From NCBI GenBank assembly GCA_951406725.2, contig OX597817.1, positions 114,142,001 to 114,206,000 on the forward strand: a DNA stretch of 64,000 nucleotides, in the 5' to 3' direction. Under the pieces are notes generated by a model. It saw only the letters and a list, made by a program, of their open reading frames with translations, had not been told where the DNA came from and made no database searches. Below are positions 38,541 through 51,540 of the stretch, in pieces. Source of the DNA: Octopus vulgaris. Its lineage: Eukaryota. Position 1 is the stretch's first letter; each line of letters begins with the position of its first letter. A program made the position numbers and the translations under genes.

Positions 38541-41428
38541 TTAAAGGTTATAAAATTTGGAGACAGCTCCTGGGAATTTTAGTGATTTCTAAAAGAAAAT
38601 GAATATTAATTAAAATTTGTTATTGATAGTTTACTGTCAACTCTCAAAAAAAAAAAAAAGTAAAGGAAAAACAAAAAATATTGCTGTTTTGCATTACAAA
38701 ATCAAATTTTCCTCCTCTTCCTCATGAGTCGGATCATAAGTTGATCAGATCTGCTGAACAGCGCATTTTCGTTTGTCTTTGGGTTTTGTTATTTTATCTG
38801 TGCACAGTGTCCTTTTTCTACAGAATACTTGATACTCCTAATTCCTTGCAGTTGGAAATTATTCATGAGAATAGATTTTTGCCTAGTACACCTTTTCTCC
38901 TTTCATTCATACAGCACTTATTTTCTTTGTTTCTTATCAACAATACCCCTTTGTTTCTTCCTCTTTCAAGATTGGAAATTTTCACAAAATGCTAACATCA
39001 TCACAAGTTTCTGCTTTTGATCTGAATAATACTAATACCTGCTTCTCTTGATTAGGCATAGTCTTACAAACCTTAACCTTTCTCTGTCAGATTAACTCTA
39101 CCAACCATTGTGAATTCCCCTTCTAATGGACCAAATGGACATAACTCTTATCTCTTTTTCCTACAAACTCTTCTTTTCTTCTTTCTTTCTTTCTTTTTCT
39201 CATTCTTTTTCTTTCTTTCCTTGTTTTGAATTCTTGATTGTTTTTCCTCAGAGAGCAGCCACAAACAATTGTAGGATAGTACACAGGATTGTGTATATAT
39301 TTGTGCACATATGTGTGTGTAATACCTGTCTATATCGATATCATTTGTAGATATACGGATATGTTGCAATGAAAGTTTTTAAATAAATCTTAGAATAAAT
39401 TTTTTTTAAATAAAATAATACAAATAGGAAACAACTTAATAGGCACTAAATAATACTGTGAATACTAAAAATGTAATTTTCCACTAGAAATTTTTTTGTT
39501 CGTTCCTTGAAATTAGAACATATTTAAAGAATTTTGTTAAATGCTGCTATTCTTTTTGCTGTTAACCAATTTATTTAAATTTTCACATTCTTTCAGCTTT
39601 CTTTTTATAAGGCTCTATTTGCTTTGAAGGATAGACATTACATTAGATATTTATAATTTTCTCTTGTTTATTTATTTTTCCAGTTTTGTATATTTCTGAA
39701 TGAAAAAAAAGTTAAAGAAAAAATGGGTGAAAAACCTTAAAAAGTAACAACAAAACTTAAATTCTTTATTTCCTTGGCCTATAAAAAAAGATTATAGAAA
39801 AAGTAGTTGAAATAAAATAAAAATAAATTGTATAAGAAAAAAATAAATTATAAAGAATGCTTTTTGCTGCAAAGTTATTGCCTATAGAACAATTAATGAA
39901 AGAATTCTTAGAAATTTATTAAGTGTATATTAAATCATTCTTTGTAATTACTTTTTGATACTTTTTCCTTCTTTGCCATAAATCTCGAAGCTAACTGCTG
40001 TAGTATATTTCCTCAGACTGTAGGAAGTTTGTAGTTGTAATGTCTAGTACAACACAGATTATTGTTGGCTATGTCTTTAGGGTGTTAGAGACTGCCACTT
40101 CAAGGTTTTTCATATCCCATTCCAAGCTCTCCATTATGTTTTGGTCAAGATATTTACTTATGTAGCTCATTTAACCCTTTGATATCAACTCATTTATGAC
40201 CACCCTTGGTTCTATGATGCAGGCTTTCTGTTTTAAAATGTTCTAAATTAAAATCATTCATGAAAATCTCATTTTGATTTATGTTCTAAATGCTAGCTCA
40301 ATAAAATGCTGAAGTTATTTCACTAAATTCATCATTATTTTCAAAATTAATTGACCCAGCACACTCTGTAAAGTTGTTGCCATTAGGAAGGGCATCCAGC
40401 CATAGAAACCATACCAAAAGAGACAATTGGAACATGGGCAGTTTTCTGGTTGGTCAGGTCCTGTCAAATTGTCCAGCCGATGCCAACATGGAAAATGGAT
40501 GTTAAGTGATGGTGATGAAGGACAGAGTATCTCAACAAAACTATGGTAACGAAAGGGTTAGGACCCATGCTAGAGGGCTGCTCCTTTGTATAAGAGAAGT
40601 GCATCTACTGCACATGTTGGCAGATTGCATTGTCATCCAACTAATTGGCAACAGTGCAATTACAAACATGCTGCACACAAAACTATTTCTTTTCTTTGCT
40701 CCTTCTTTCCCTACTTCAACAGTCTCTTCTGAATTGATTGCATACAATCTAGACTTACATATCTCATCTCTCCCCATCGCCCTCACTGCATCGTACCTCC
40801 TCCAGTCATCCTCATTATATCTCACTTCCTTCCATTATTCCTTATTGTGTCTTACTTCCTTCCATCACCTTCATGGCATCTTAGCTCTTCCAGTCATCTT
40901 CATTACGTCACATCTTCATTTCTTTATATCTCTTCTGTAACTCATTTCCTCACATTATCTCTATCTCCCATCTTCTTGATCTTCACATGAGATGTGTATG
41001 CATTTGCATTATTTCTCTCAACTCCACACCTGCCTTTTACTGTTGATGCCTTTCACTCTCTAAGGAATGAGCTTCTGCTTGGTTACTGAACTTGCTAAAT
41101 ATCACAGCCAAGGATTTCTCCTTGAAATCCTTAACAAAATAAAGATGCATTGTATAATGTAGTATCTGATATAAATGTGAAGGGCAGAGTGGTGACAGCT
41201 AGAATGCCTTTGATCATACATAAATCTATTTGATCACGGTTCACCTGAGACTAAACAGCAATTACCACTCTTTGGTCAAGAAAGCAAAGGTGTAAAAAGA
41301 CTCCATTTTGTAACTCTTTGTGATTGGTAAGCTTAAGAATTTATAGGAAACTGTTCCAAATGAAAATATCCCTAAAATTGGTACAATTATATTAATACAC
41401 TTTAGTCACAAGTGTAACACTTTAATCT

Positions 41429-41495
<67 letters not shown>

Positions 41496-41630
41496 ATCTA
41501 AATATATATATATACATATATTTACATATTGATATATAAGGGTAAGATCCAGGGATCCAAATGTAGGAAGTTTGTTAGCTTCAATGTAAAATGATAATGA
41601 TGATGATGAAACAGATTACCTGATAATATT

Positions 41631-42028
41631 CTTTTCTACTCTAAGCCTAAGGCCTGAAATTTTTGGGGAGGGCGTCAGTTGATTAGATTGACCACAGTAT
41701 GCAACTCATACTTAATTTATCGACCCTGAAAGGATGAAAGGCAAAGTTGACCTTGGCGGAATTTGAACTCAGAACGTAAAGACAGACGAAATACCTATTT
41801 CTTTACTACTCACAAGGGGCTAAACACACAGAGAACAAACAAGGACAGACAAACGGATTAAGTCGATTATATCGACCCCAGTGCATAACTGGTACTTGAT
41901 TTATCGACCCCGGAATGATGACAGGCAAAGTTGACCTTGGCAGAATTTGAACTCAGAACATAAAGACAGATGAAATACCGCTAAACATTTCACCCGGCAT
42001 GCTAACGTATTTGCCAGCTCGCTGCCTT
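41631..42028 (-). mobile_element. Dimeric family D SINE with 18-bp TSD
   Basis: Internal duplication of the tcgacccc..aaggatgaaaggcaaag module; TSD agattacctgat(a/c)atatt at 41613-41630 and 42029-42046. Confidence 0.85.
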
Positions 42029-42061
42029 AGATTACCTGATCATATTAGAACTGTACTTCAG

Positions 42062-42500
42062 GTGCTAAGGTGGCATAATCATTAGCACACTGGACAAAAT
42101 GCTTTGCAGTATTTCATTGACCATTACATTTTGAATTCAAATTCTACCAAGGTTGACTTAGCCTTTCATCCTTTTAGAGTTGATAAAATAAGTACCAACT
42201 AAGTACAGGGGTCAATGAAACCAACTTATATCCTCCCCCTAAATTGCTGGCCTTGTGACAAAATTTGAAATCAATAACAGAATTGCACTTAAGAGTGGTG
42301 AGTCGGTAGAGTCATTAGCAGGCCAGACAAAATGCTTTCATCTGTTATGTTCTGAGTTCAAATTTCACCGAGATTAATTTTTGCTTTTTGTCCTTTCAGG
42401 GTTGATAAAATAAGTATCAGTCAAGAACTGGAGGGGTTGATGTAATCGACCATACCCCTCTGTCCAAACTTGCTGGCCTTGTGCCTAAATCTGAGACCAA
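42062..42500 (+). mobile_element. Two tandem family D SINEs
   Basis: Flanked by tattagaactgtacttcag (42043-42061 and 42501-42519), with a decayed third copy between them at about 42275-42293. Confidence 0.8.
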
Positions 42501-43084
42501 TATTAGAACTGTACTTCAGTTGAACACAAGACCTGTTTGCTGATAATCCAATAACTTATCCATCTGACCATTTTTTTTAGCTTGTACTTCAGAAATGATA
42601 ATATCACTAGAAATTTAAGCTTCATTGAGGTAAAGGTTTTCTTGTTTCTGTTCCCATTTGTTCAGAGTTTTGCTCGCCAACAAAAGGGAAGGTGTGTGTG
42701 TGTGTGTGTAAGAGGAGTTTAAGATGCAACATTTCTTCCAAGACCATTATCCTTCATTGTCCTCTTGTTCACGTTACATCTGTTACTTCCTGTTCTGTTG
42801 CTTCCTTCCTGTTCTTGTCACTTCCTTTCTCTCTTTTGTGTTTGTCTGTTTGTCTGTCTTTCTCTCTTTCTTTTTTTCTCTTCCAACATATACGCAGACA
42901 CTTGTAATCATATTTTTCTTTCTTCCAGTTTTCTTCACGGTGGTGGTGTTGATTGTGGTGGTGGTGATGGTTGTGGTGGTGGTGTTGATGGTGATGATGA
43001 TGGTGATGATGATGATGATGATCATGATCATGATCATCACCTCCACCACCTTCATCATTTTTTATCATCATCATCATCTAATTC

Positions 43085-43298
43085 TCTTTCTCTCATCCCA
43101 CTTTCTTTTGCTCTTTCTTTTTTCTTTCACTGGTTTCTTTCACTGCTTCTTTCTTTCTCTCTTTCACTCTTTTTCTTTCTTTCTTTCTTTTCTTCCTTTC
43201 TTTCGCTCCTTCTTTCTTTCCTTCTTTCTTTCTTTCTTTCTTTTGCTCTTTCTTCCATTCTTTTGCCCTTTCTTTCTTTTGCCCTTTCTTTCTTCCTC

Positions 43299-43342
<44 letters not shown>

Positions 43343-44300
43343 TTGCTCTTTCTTCCATTCTTTTGCCCTTTCTTTCTTTTGCCCTTTCTTTCTTCCTCTC
43401 TTTCTTTCTTTCTTTCTTTCTTTCTTTGCTCTTTCTTCCATTCTTTTGCCCTTTCTTTCTTTTGCCCTTTCTTTCTTTTGCCCTTTCTTTCTTCCTCTCT
43501 TTCTTTCTTTCTTTCTTTCTTTCACTGTTTCTTTCTCTCTTTCTTTCTTTCTTTTGCTCTTTCTTCCATTCTTTTGCCCTCTTTCTTTTGCTTTCTTTCT
43601 TTCTTTCTTTCTTTCTTCCTTCGTTTCTTTCTTCCTTCCTTCCTTTCTTTCTTTCTTCCTTCGTTTCTTTCTTCCTTCCTTCCTTCCTTCCTTTCTTTTT
43701 TCTTTCTTTCTTTCTTTCTTTTGTTCTTGCTTTCTTTTGCTCTTTCTTTCACTCTTTCTTCCTTTAGTTCTTTTTTTCTTTCTTTTGCTCTTTTTTCTTT
43801 CGCTCTTTTTTTCTTTCACTCTTTTTTTCACTCTTTCTTTCTTTCACTCTTTCTTTCTTTCACTCTTCCTTCCTTCTTTCCTTTCTTTCTTTTTCTCTCA
43901 CTCTTTCTTTCTTTCTTTTGCCCTTTCTTTCTTTTACTCTTTCTTTCTTTCTTTCTTTCTTTCTTTTGCTCTTTCTTTCTTTCACTCTTTCTTTTGCTTT
44001 TCTTTCTTTTGCTCTTTTTTATTTCACTCTTTCTTTCTTTCACTCTTTTTCTTTCTTTCTTTCTTTTGCTCTTTTTTCTTTCGCTCTTTCTTTTGCTCTT
44101 TTTTCTTTCGCTCTTTCTTTCTTTCGCTCTTTTTCTTTCACTCTTTCTTTCTTTCACTCTTCCTTCCTTCCTTTCTTTCTTTTTCTCTCACTGTCTTTCT
44201 TTCCTTCTTTCTTTCTTTCTTTCTTTCTTTAGCTCTTTCCTTCTGTCTTTTGCTCTTCCCTTCTCTCCCCCCCTCTTCCTTCCCCTTTCTCCCACTCCTC
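43085..44300. repeat. About 1.2-kb degenerate (TTTC)n polypyrimidine array
   Basis: Directly visible; source of the 347-512 aa F/L/S ORFs. Confidence 0.95.
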
Positions 44301-44629
44301 TGATCTTCATATTGCTATTCTGGCATGACATTGAGATATTTTTGCTCAGCCGTACTTGGCACCATTGCCAAAACCATGCAGGAACCATGATCATTGATGC
44401 TGTGCAGTGAGATTTCATGGTTAACGAACATTTTCGGCCAGTGCAGGAGTTTTTTTGTTTTCCACAACCACATCTTAATAGTCTTAATAAGGGGACGGTT
44501 GAATGATTACATGGAAGAAGCGGGAGGGAATTGAGAGAACAAAATATTTGGATATTAACTCAATAAAATGTTGAATACATTTTTGCATTAACATACATAC
44601 GCACATATAAATATACACATATATACAGG

Positions 44630-44676
<47 letters not shown>

Positions 44677-44828
44677 TAAAACATAAATATTCTCTCTCTA
44701 GTACACACCACTCAGAGTTGCATAATCTGACAATGTTATTTTCCTTCTGAGACTTCTATGTTTGCTGTTTTGCCTCCTCTTTCTCTGTCTGTCTGTCTCT
44801 GTCTCTCTTTCTCTGTGCATATATATAT

Positions 44829-45235
44829 AGGCGCAGGAGTGGCTGTGTGGTAAGTAGCTTGTTTACCAGCCACATGGTTCTGGGTTCAGTCCCACTGCGT
44901 GGCACCTTGGGCAAGTGTCTTCTACTATAGCCTCGGGCCGACCAAAGCTTTGTGAGTGGATTTGGTAGGCGGAAACTGAAAGAAGCCTGTCGTATATATG
45001 TATATATATATATGCGTGTGTGTTTGTGTGTCTGTGTTTGTTCCCCTAGCATTGCTTGACAACTGATGCTGGTGTGTTTATGTCCCCGTTACTTAGCGGT
45101 TCGGCAAAAAGAGACTGATAGAATAAGTACTGGGCTTACAAAAGAATAAGTCCTGGGGTCGAGTTGCTCGATTAAAGGCAGTGCTCCAGCATGGCCACAG
45201 TCATATGACTGAAACAAGTAAAAGAGTAAAAGAGT
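44829..45235 (+). mobile_element. Family A SINE, full length, young
   Basis: Intact A/B boxes, CpGs retained, (gtaaaaga)n tail. Followed by inverted older copies at 45300-45435 and 45476-45800. Confidence 0.9.
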
Positions 45236-46457
45236 ATATATATATATATATCCCTCCCTCTCTCTCTGTTGGAAAGGCACAAGCACCTACACAAACTGCA
45301 GTAACTTCTGCCTACCAAATTCAATTACAAAGTGTCGGTCAGCGTGGGGCACTTGCCCAAGGTGCCACGCAGTGGGACTGAACCTGAAACCATGTAGCTA
45401 GGAAGCAAACCTCCTGAACACACAACACGCCTGTACTTGTGTATGTGTGTGTGTGTGTCTGCATATATATATATATCTTTTATCTTTTACCTGCTTCAGT
45501 CATTAGACCTCGGTAGTAATTTTTTATTTTTAAGCTTGGTATTTATTCTATCAGACTCTTTTGCTGAACTGCTAAGTAACAGGGCTGTAAAAACACCAAC
45601 ACCAGATGTCAAGAAGGGTTGGGGGACAAACAGACAAAAAGACATACACACACACACACACGATGAGCTTCCACAGTTTCCTTCTACCAAATTTACTCCC
45701 AGGGCTGTAGTAGAAGATACTTGTCCAAGGTGTTGTGCAATGGGGCTGAACCTGAAACCATATGATTGCAAAGCAAACTTCTTAACCTCATGACCATATC
45801 TATGCCATAGGCTTGCATTATCAGAAACTGACCTGGAACTAAATAACAAGAACAACTGTGTGAAGTGAAGGTACGAGAAAGCAGTGAAACATAATATGCA
45901 CTTCAATGTGCCATCTGAAAACAAGAAAGATTGAGGAACATCATGAAGCTAACCAAGTTCTCAAAAGCTTCTACCATGTTGAATCAAATGTTGTTATTTC
46001 ACACAGGGTTTCTAGGACTAAACTACCCAATGTGTCCCTCATTGTTTAAAATGGTGGAGTTTGATTTGAGAGAGATTTGGCTGCTGTTTCTAGCATGCTT
46101 AGACTTAGCTTTCAAATGTTTTTGAGTTTGATACTTGTTTATAACTAAAAATTCTTCATCTTCTAATCAGTTCTATTTAGGTTATATACATGCAAGTAGC
46201 ACGTAAAAACACCTTTTGAGCGTGGTTTTTGCCAGAACTGCTTGACTGGCCCTTGTGCCGATGGCACGTAAAAGTACCTGCTACACTCTTGGATTGGTTG
46301 GCATTAGGAAGGGCATCCAGCTGTAGAAACTTGCCAGATCAGATTGAGATACAGCCTCTGGCTCACCAGTCTCAATCAAACCGTCCAACCCATGCCAGCA
46401 TTGAAAGCAGATGTTAAACGATGATGATGATGATGATGATGATGATGTATATATGGA

Positions 46458-47127
46458 GGAAATAATTCAGGTGAAAATATTTGTGAAGATATTATTGACT
46501 CTCTTATTATCTTGTGTAATATAGGTGATTCAGTAATATAGGCAATTGCAGGCCCAGAAAAGCATTGAATAACTGAAGGATTATAATTACTCAAAGGACA
46601 TACTAAGTATGGCTACCTGCTGGAAATAACAGTCAAAACTCTTATTTAAATCACCAAAAAAAAAAACTGATGATATCTACAGAAATCAACTGTCTGCAGT
46701 TAAATGGGCTAAGACAATCTCTCAACATACATTCAAGTATTTGGACCCATGTGGACTGGTTTCTGGATTGGCATTATAGCCTCACATTCCTCAGCACACA
46801 TTACCATGATGTAGAGCCCCAACCTGTTACGTTGAAGTCTGTGCTGCAACTGATTTGTTTTGTGCCGAATCATGGCAGCCACCAGCATGAAACTAATGTC
46901 AATACAGAGCAAATAATTCAGGAGAAAATATTAGTGATGGTGAGGCTATAATGCCAGTCCAGACACTGGTCCACGTGAGTCCAAATACTTGAATGTATGT
47001 TGAGAGATCGTCTTAGCACGTTTGCCCACAAATGGTTGATTTCTGTTGTTAACATCAGTTTTTCCGGCAACTTAAAGAGTTTTGACTGTTATTTCCAGCA
47101 GTTAGACATACCTAGTATGTCCTTTGA
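46458..47127 (-). mobile_element. Penelope-pLTR/retrozyme-like element: 451-bp monomer with terminal repeat plus inverted partial copy
   Basis: aaataattcagg.gaaaatatt at 46460 and 46911; 46591-46790 is the inverse of 46933-47127; internal hammerhead. Confidence 0.72.
46749..46799 (-). ncRNA. Type I hammerhead ribozyme
   Basis: Minus: GTGTG-CTGAGGA-A-TG(T)GA-GGC-tataat-GCC-(AA)TCCA-GAAA-C-CA-GTC-CACAT; predicted cut between 46754 and 46753. Confidence 0.72.
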
Positions 47128-47142
47128 TTATATATATATATA

Positions 47143-47329
47143 TTCACCATGATAGATCAGTAGCCACTACACACATTTTTTTCTCTCCTTGTTTCTTTCT
47201 GTGTTCCTTTCTGTGGAAGAGCATAGGCTTGAAATGTAAAAGACTTTTTCAATTCCCGGGTGTTATACTAATACATCTGCTGGTTTTCTACACCACCTGT
47301 CTATGTCTTTTGTTTTTTTCGTGAATTCT

Positions 47330-47335
<6 letters not shown>
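47143..47335 (+). mobile_element. Hammerhead-variant element in (TA)n (motif 47207-47243)
   Basis: CTTT-CTGTGGA-A-GAGC(atag)GCTT-GAAA-TG-TA-AAAG. Confidence 0.6.
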
Positions 47336-47375
<40 letters not shown>

Positions 47376-47550
47376 GCTTATAATTTTAATCTTTAAAGGT
47401 ATTTTAATATGCTGGTACTTTTTTTTTTTGATGAAATTTTTTTCTGTAAAAAGACTTATTCCTATATTAGTAGTAGTATATATATATATATATATATGTG
47501 TGTGTGCATTTATGCACATATACCCATATGCATCTATGTGTGTGTGTGTG

Positions 47551-47594
<44 letters not shown>

Positions 47595-48106
47595 TACAAA
47601 CACATCTACTTTTTATCTTATCTCTCTGGCTTCAGTGTAATTCATTCTAAACAGGTTGTATAGTTAGAATATTTAGAGAATAGTTTCTGTCAATCAATCA
47701 TGATGTGCTCTGCAGGGCTGATACAGTCATGAAAGAGTTACATCTTACAACAATACTTTCTCTCTTTTTTAAAAACTGTTGAGACATTGTAACATCTCAT
47801 TCACCTCAGTGAAAACCTTTAAAGAGCTCATTTATTTCATTACTTCCTATTTCCGTAAGCCTGTGCTGCACCCTTGTCTTGTACTTCTTTTTCTTTCTTT
47901 TTTTTTTTTTTAATCCACTCAGATACATAGAGCTATTTTTGCATTTGGTTGTGTTTGTCATACGTTTTCTGCTGCAGCTCCGCGAGCTGCAGTTAGCAAA
48001 GCTGTCATGTGTTATTTTCTCAAATTCTTGGCCCATCATGCCATTTGGCCATAGTGCACTGTAAAAGCACTTTGCAGTAGCATGCTATATTGCATACTGG
48101 AGAATA

Positions 48107-48160
<54 letters not shown>

Positions 48161-48329
48161 GGCTGGAGAGAGAGAGAGAGAGAAGGCAGGAGAGAGAGAG
48201 AGAGAGAGAGAAAGAGATTGGTGGAGCTGGTAGGAGAGATGGAAGTGTGAACAGAAAACCAACTATAGAGTTTACTGAGTTATGTGCAGGAGAGAGAGAG
48301 AGAGAGAGAGAGATGAAAGTGAGAGAGAC

Positions 48330-48369
<40 letters not shown>

Positions 48370-50129
48370 TGAGAGAGACTGTGCAAGAGAGAGAGAAAGG
48401 TGGGGAAGTGTAAGTTGAAGTAGGTGGGGAAGTGTTAGTTGGGCAGAATAGAGAAATATCATTACATCAAGATGGATTCAAAGCTATCTTAAAGCTTTCT
48501 CAGTAATTACATTTTCTTACTTTGCTCACTGTCCTGTGAAGTTTTGCTGAAATAACTTGAGATTTCACACACTAACAAATTTTCTGTTCAATTCCCCACG
48601 TCCTATTCCGTGGTGACGATGAAGATGTGGCTGACAACACTTGATGATGACGATAGTAGTAGTAGTAGTAGTATTAGTGGTGGTTGTGGTGGTGGTATGG
48701 TGGTGTTGATGGAGAAGAGAAATAGAAAGAGAGCAAAATTGTTTCCTTAACACTGCAGACTCTTTATACTGTGAATTCAGTTTTTTGATGAAGAAGAATG
48801 ATTATGAAATTGCCTTCTTGCCTCCAAGACTAAAGCTATTGTAAAGTGAAAGATGGAAAGTTTGTATGAGGAAATTGCTTTTTTTTTTTTTTTTTTTTCT
48901 TGGTTGTTTATAGTTAGATGTCGGAGCAGTATAAGTTCATTGTTTAGCAAAGATTACAGTAATATCTGCAGTTGTAATCCTTTGACTGAATGTATTATTA
49001 TGGCCACAGAGGGAATGATCAATCAATCAATTGATCGAACAATCAATGGAACAAACAACAAACAAAGTAATAAACAATCGATTATATGATCATATATACA
49101 TGAAAAGAGCTCAATTTCTATGGTGGCATTCTGCCCCAGCTCCAACCAACCAGCCAACCAACCAACCAAGAACACTGCTCTTGTAACTGTATATATACAA
49201 CCATTCGCAAATATCTAGCCAAATCAGCAACATTCCAGAAAGATACTACAACATTTTTTTTTTAACCCTTTAGTATTCAGATTTTTTTGTCAAATGTATT
49301 GCTTATCTATTCACAATGTTTTGAATTAATCACACATCTTGTACAAGATTTCAATGGTGTGCTTGTATATTTTTAGAATGGCATTGTAGAGTAGATGTGA
49401 AGGGTTGGATCTGGTCAGTTTTAACATAAAACAGGAAAAAAAATATATACTTGGGCCGGATATGACCAGATTAAATGCTAAAAGGTTAGAGACAGACAGA
49501 GAATAAAATTTGTTTTTATTTCATTGAAACTCTCTCAGAAATATATGTGTTGCAAAATAATTATAACATTGATTGCTAAACTTGGCCCTAATCATGTGTT
49601 GGTGGTCTTTGTAAACAACCTTTGGTAAATGTTAAGTAATTGGTGTTTGTGTATACTGAGTAAGTCCACCATTTTTTCCCCTAACTGCTGTGGACTCCAT
49701 CACAGCCTCTGACTATATATGAACATAAAAGGTTCCTAATAAATGCAAAAATATCCTTATTGTCACATTGTTTACACCATCACTCATTCTATGTTTTCTA
49801 ATTTTTTACTGCTCAAACTTGCATCTTCAGTAGCTGTATTAGTTTTTGGACTAATGCATACCAATTGTACTCTGGAAGAGTACAACTGATATGCATCAAA
49901 TGCGGGTGCATAAAAAGTCATCAGAGATTGTGAGTCCTTGCATTTGTAGCAACTTTGAGGGGTGTAATTTTTTTGTTTTTTGTTTTTGTTTATGAATAGA
50001 GGATGTGATATGTAAGACTGTTTCCTTGGTAGAAATGCATGGCCATTATAAAATACCTATCTTTTATGTTTTACTGTTTACTTTTGTTGGGCTGTGGCTT
50101 GCTGGAGCACTGCCTTGAAGGGTTAAGTC

Positions 50130-50376
50130 CAGTGTTTCTCAACCATTTTTTGCTTGTGGATCCCTTTGTTTTCTATTTAACTCAGATGGACCCCTACAAC
50201 AATTTGAAGTTTTAATAAAATCTCATTATATTTTAATGATTAAATGTTATTAGGAATTGTATTAAAAAAATGTTAAAATACTTTGTCTATTGTACAAGTA
50301 TAAGCACATAAATTTTAACAACAAAATCTTGTATGGACTTGCCAAGGTTTGTATGAACCCCATTTGAGAACCACTG
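50130..50376. mobile_element. hAT (Charlie-like) MITE nested in a family A SINE (about 50060-50705, -)
   Basis: TIRs cagtgtttctcaa / ttgagaaccactg; imperfect 8-bp TSD gttaagtc / atttagtc. Confidence 0.75.
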
Positions 50377-50536
50377 ATTTAGTCAAACAAATTGACTCCA
50401 GTACTTCTTTTTAAGTCTGTTAATTTTTCTATCAGTCTCTTTTGCCGAACTGTTAAGTTATAGGGGGATGTAAACAAAGCAACTCTAGTTGTCAGGTGGA
50501 GGTGGGGGACAAGTACAAATACACCCAAAGACACAT

Positions 50537-50597
<61 letters not shown>

Positions 50598-51169
50598 CAT
50601 AACAGGCTTCCACACAGTTTTCATCTACCAAATTAACTCACAGGCATTGGTTGGGACTGAACCCAAAACCATACAGTTGCAAAGTGAGCATCTTAACTGC
50701 ACAGTTATACTGAAATGTGTTTTAGAGATTTTAAATTTTAAATTTCCGTAACCTAAATTAGTTATATAATATGATAAAATTAATCTTTAAAGTACATTAA
50801 GAAGGCTGATGTACTTTATCATTGCAAATAAAAAAAAATCATTATAATAATTGCTTATTAATTTAAAATAAAATTACTTCAGCTACATTTTATGGGGTCA
50901 TTTAACTAAATCTCATTCTCTGAGTAACTTTGAGTGCTGGTAATCACCCTAATTAGATTTATGGTATAACTAAAAATTACTGTTAGCATATTTTCTAGAA
51001 CTTCAGAATATTATTATGGTTTGTAAAAGTAATGATGGTGGACATGATGGAAAAAAAAAACTCTCTAAAAGTAAATTGTAATAAAGTCTTTCGCTCATCT
51101 TTTCAAAGATTAATTCTACTGCTGTTGTCACCATTCTACTGCTGTTGTTTGAGTAGTATAGTGAGAGAT

Positions 51170-51540
51170 GAAGCCTCTTCATCTAAATGGATACCTAGGG
51201 TACTGGTGCCTGAGGTGGTTGTTCAGGTGGTACAGAAGAGCCGGGGTGAGGGGTACGTTTGTCGCAGGGGAGGGTTGGTGGGGGACAAGTAGGTGTGAGT
51301 CATTCTTTGCATCTCAATGTCTTATTTGTCATCTGGACCATTCCCTTAGCAACGACATGCTGCCACTTTGTGTGGTCTTTGGTGATTGTCTCCCAGGTAT
51401 TTGGGTCAATGAAGTAGCAAGGGAGAGTGGCTTCCAGCTGGTCTTGGAAATAGAATTTGGGAACTCTGCATGGTCTGGTGCCTAAAGCCAACTTCACAAA
51501 GATAAAAACATACAACTTGCTACCACTTTTGAGCAAATAT
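51170..51540 (-). pseudogene. RTE/BovB-type LINE 3' end
   Basis: ORF 51300-51536 GTRPCRVPKFYFQDQLEATL...IDPNTWETITKDHTKWQHVVAKG matches the RTE 'G.R..GRP..R.KD.LK...ID...WE..A.DR..WR' motif. Confidence 0.65.

Noticed and set aside
42724-44410. Long ORFs of 347, 512 and 355 aa and antisense K/E/R-rich ORFs
   Set aside because: Translations of the (TTTC)n array, which lacks stop codons by composition; no domain.
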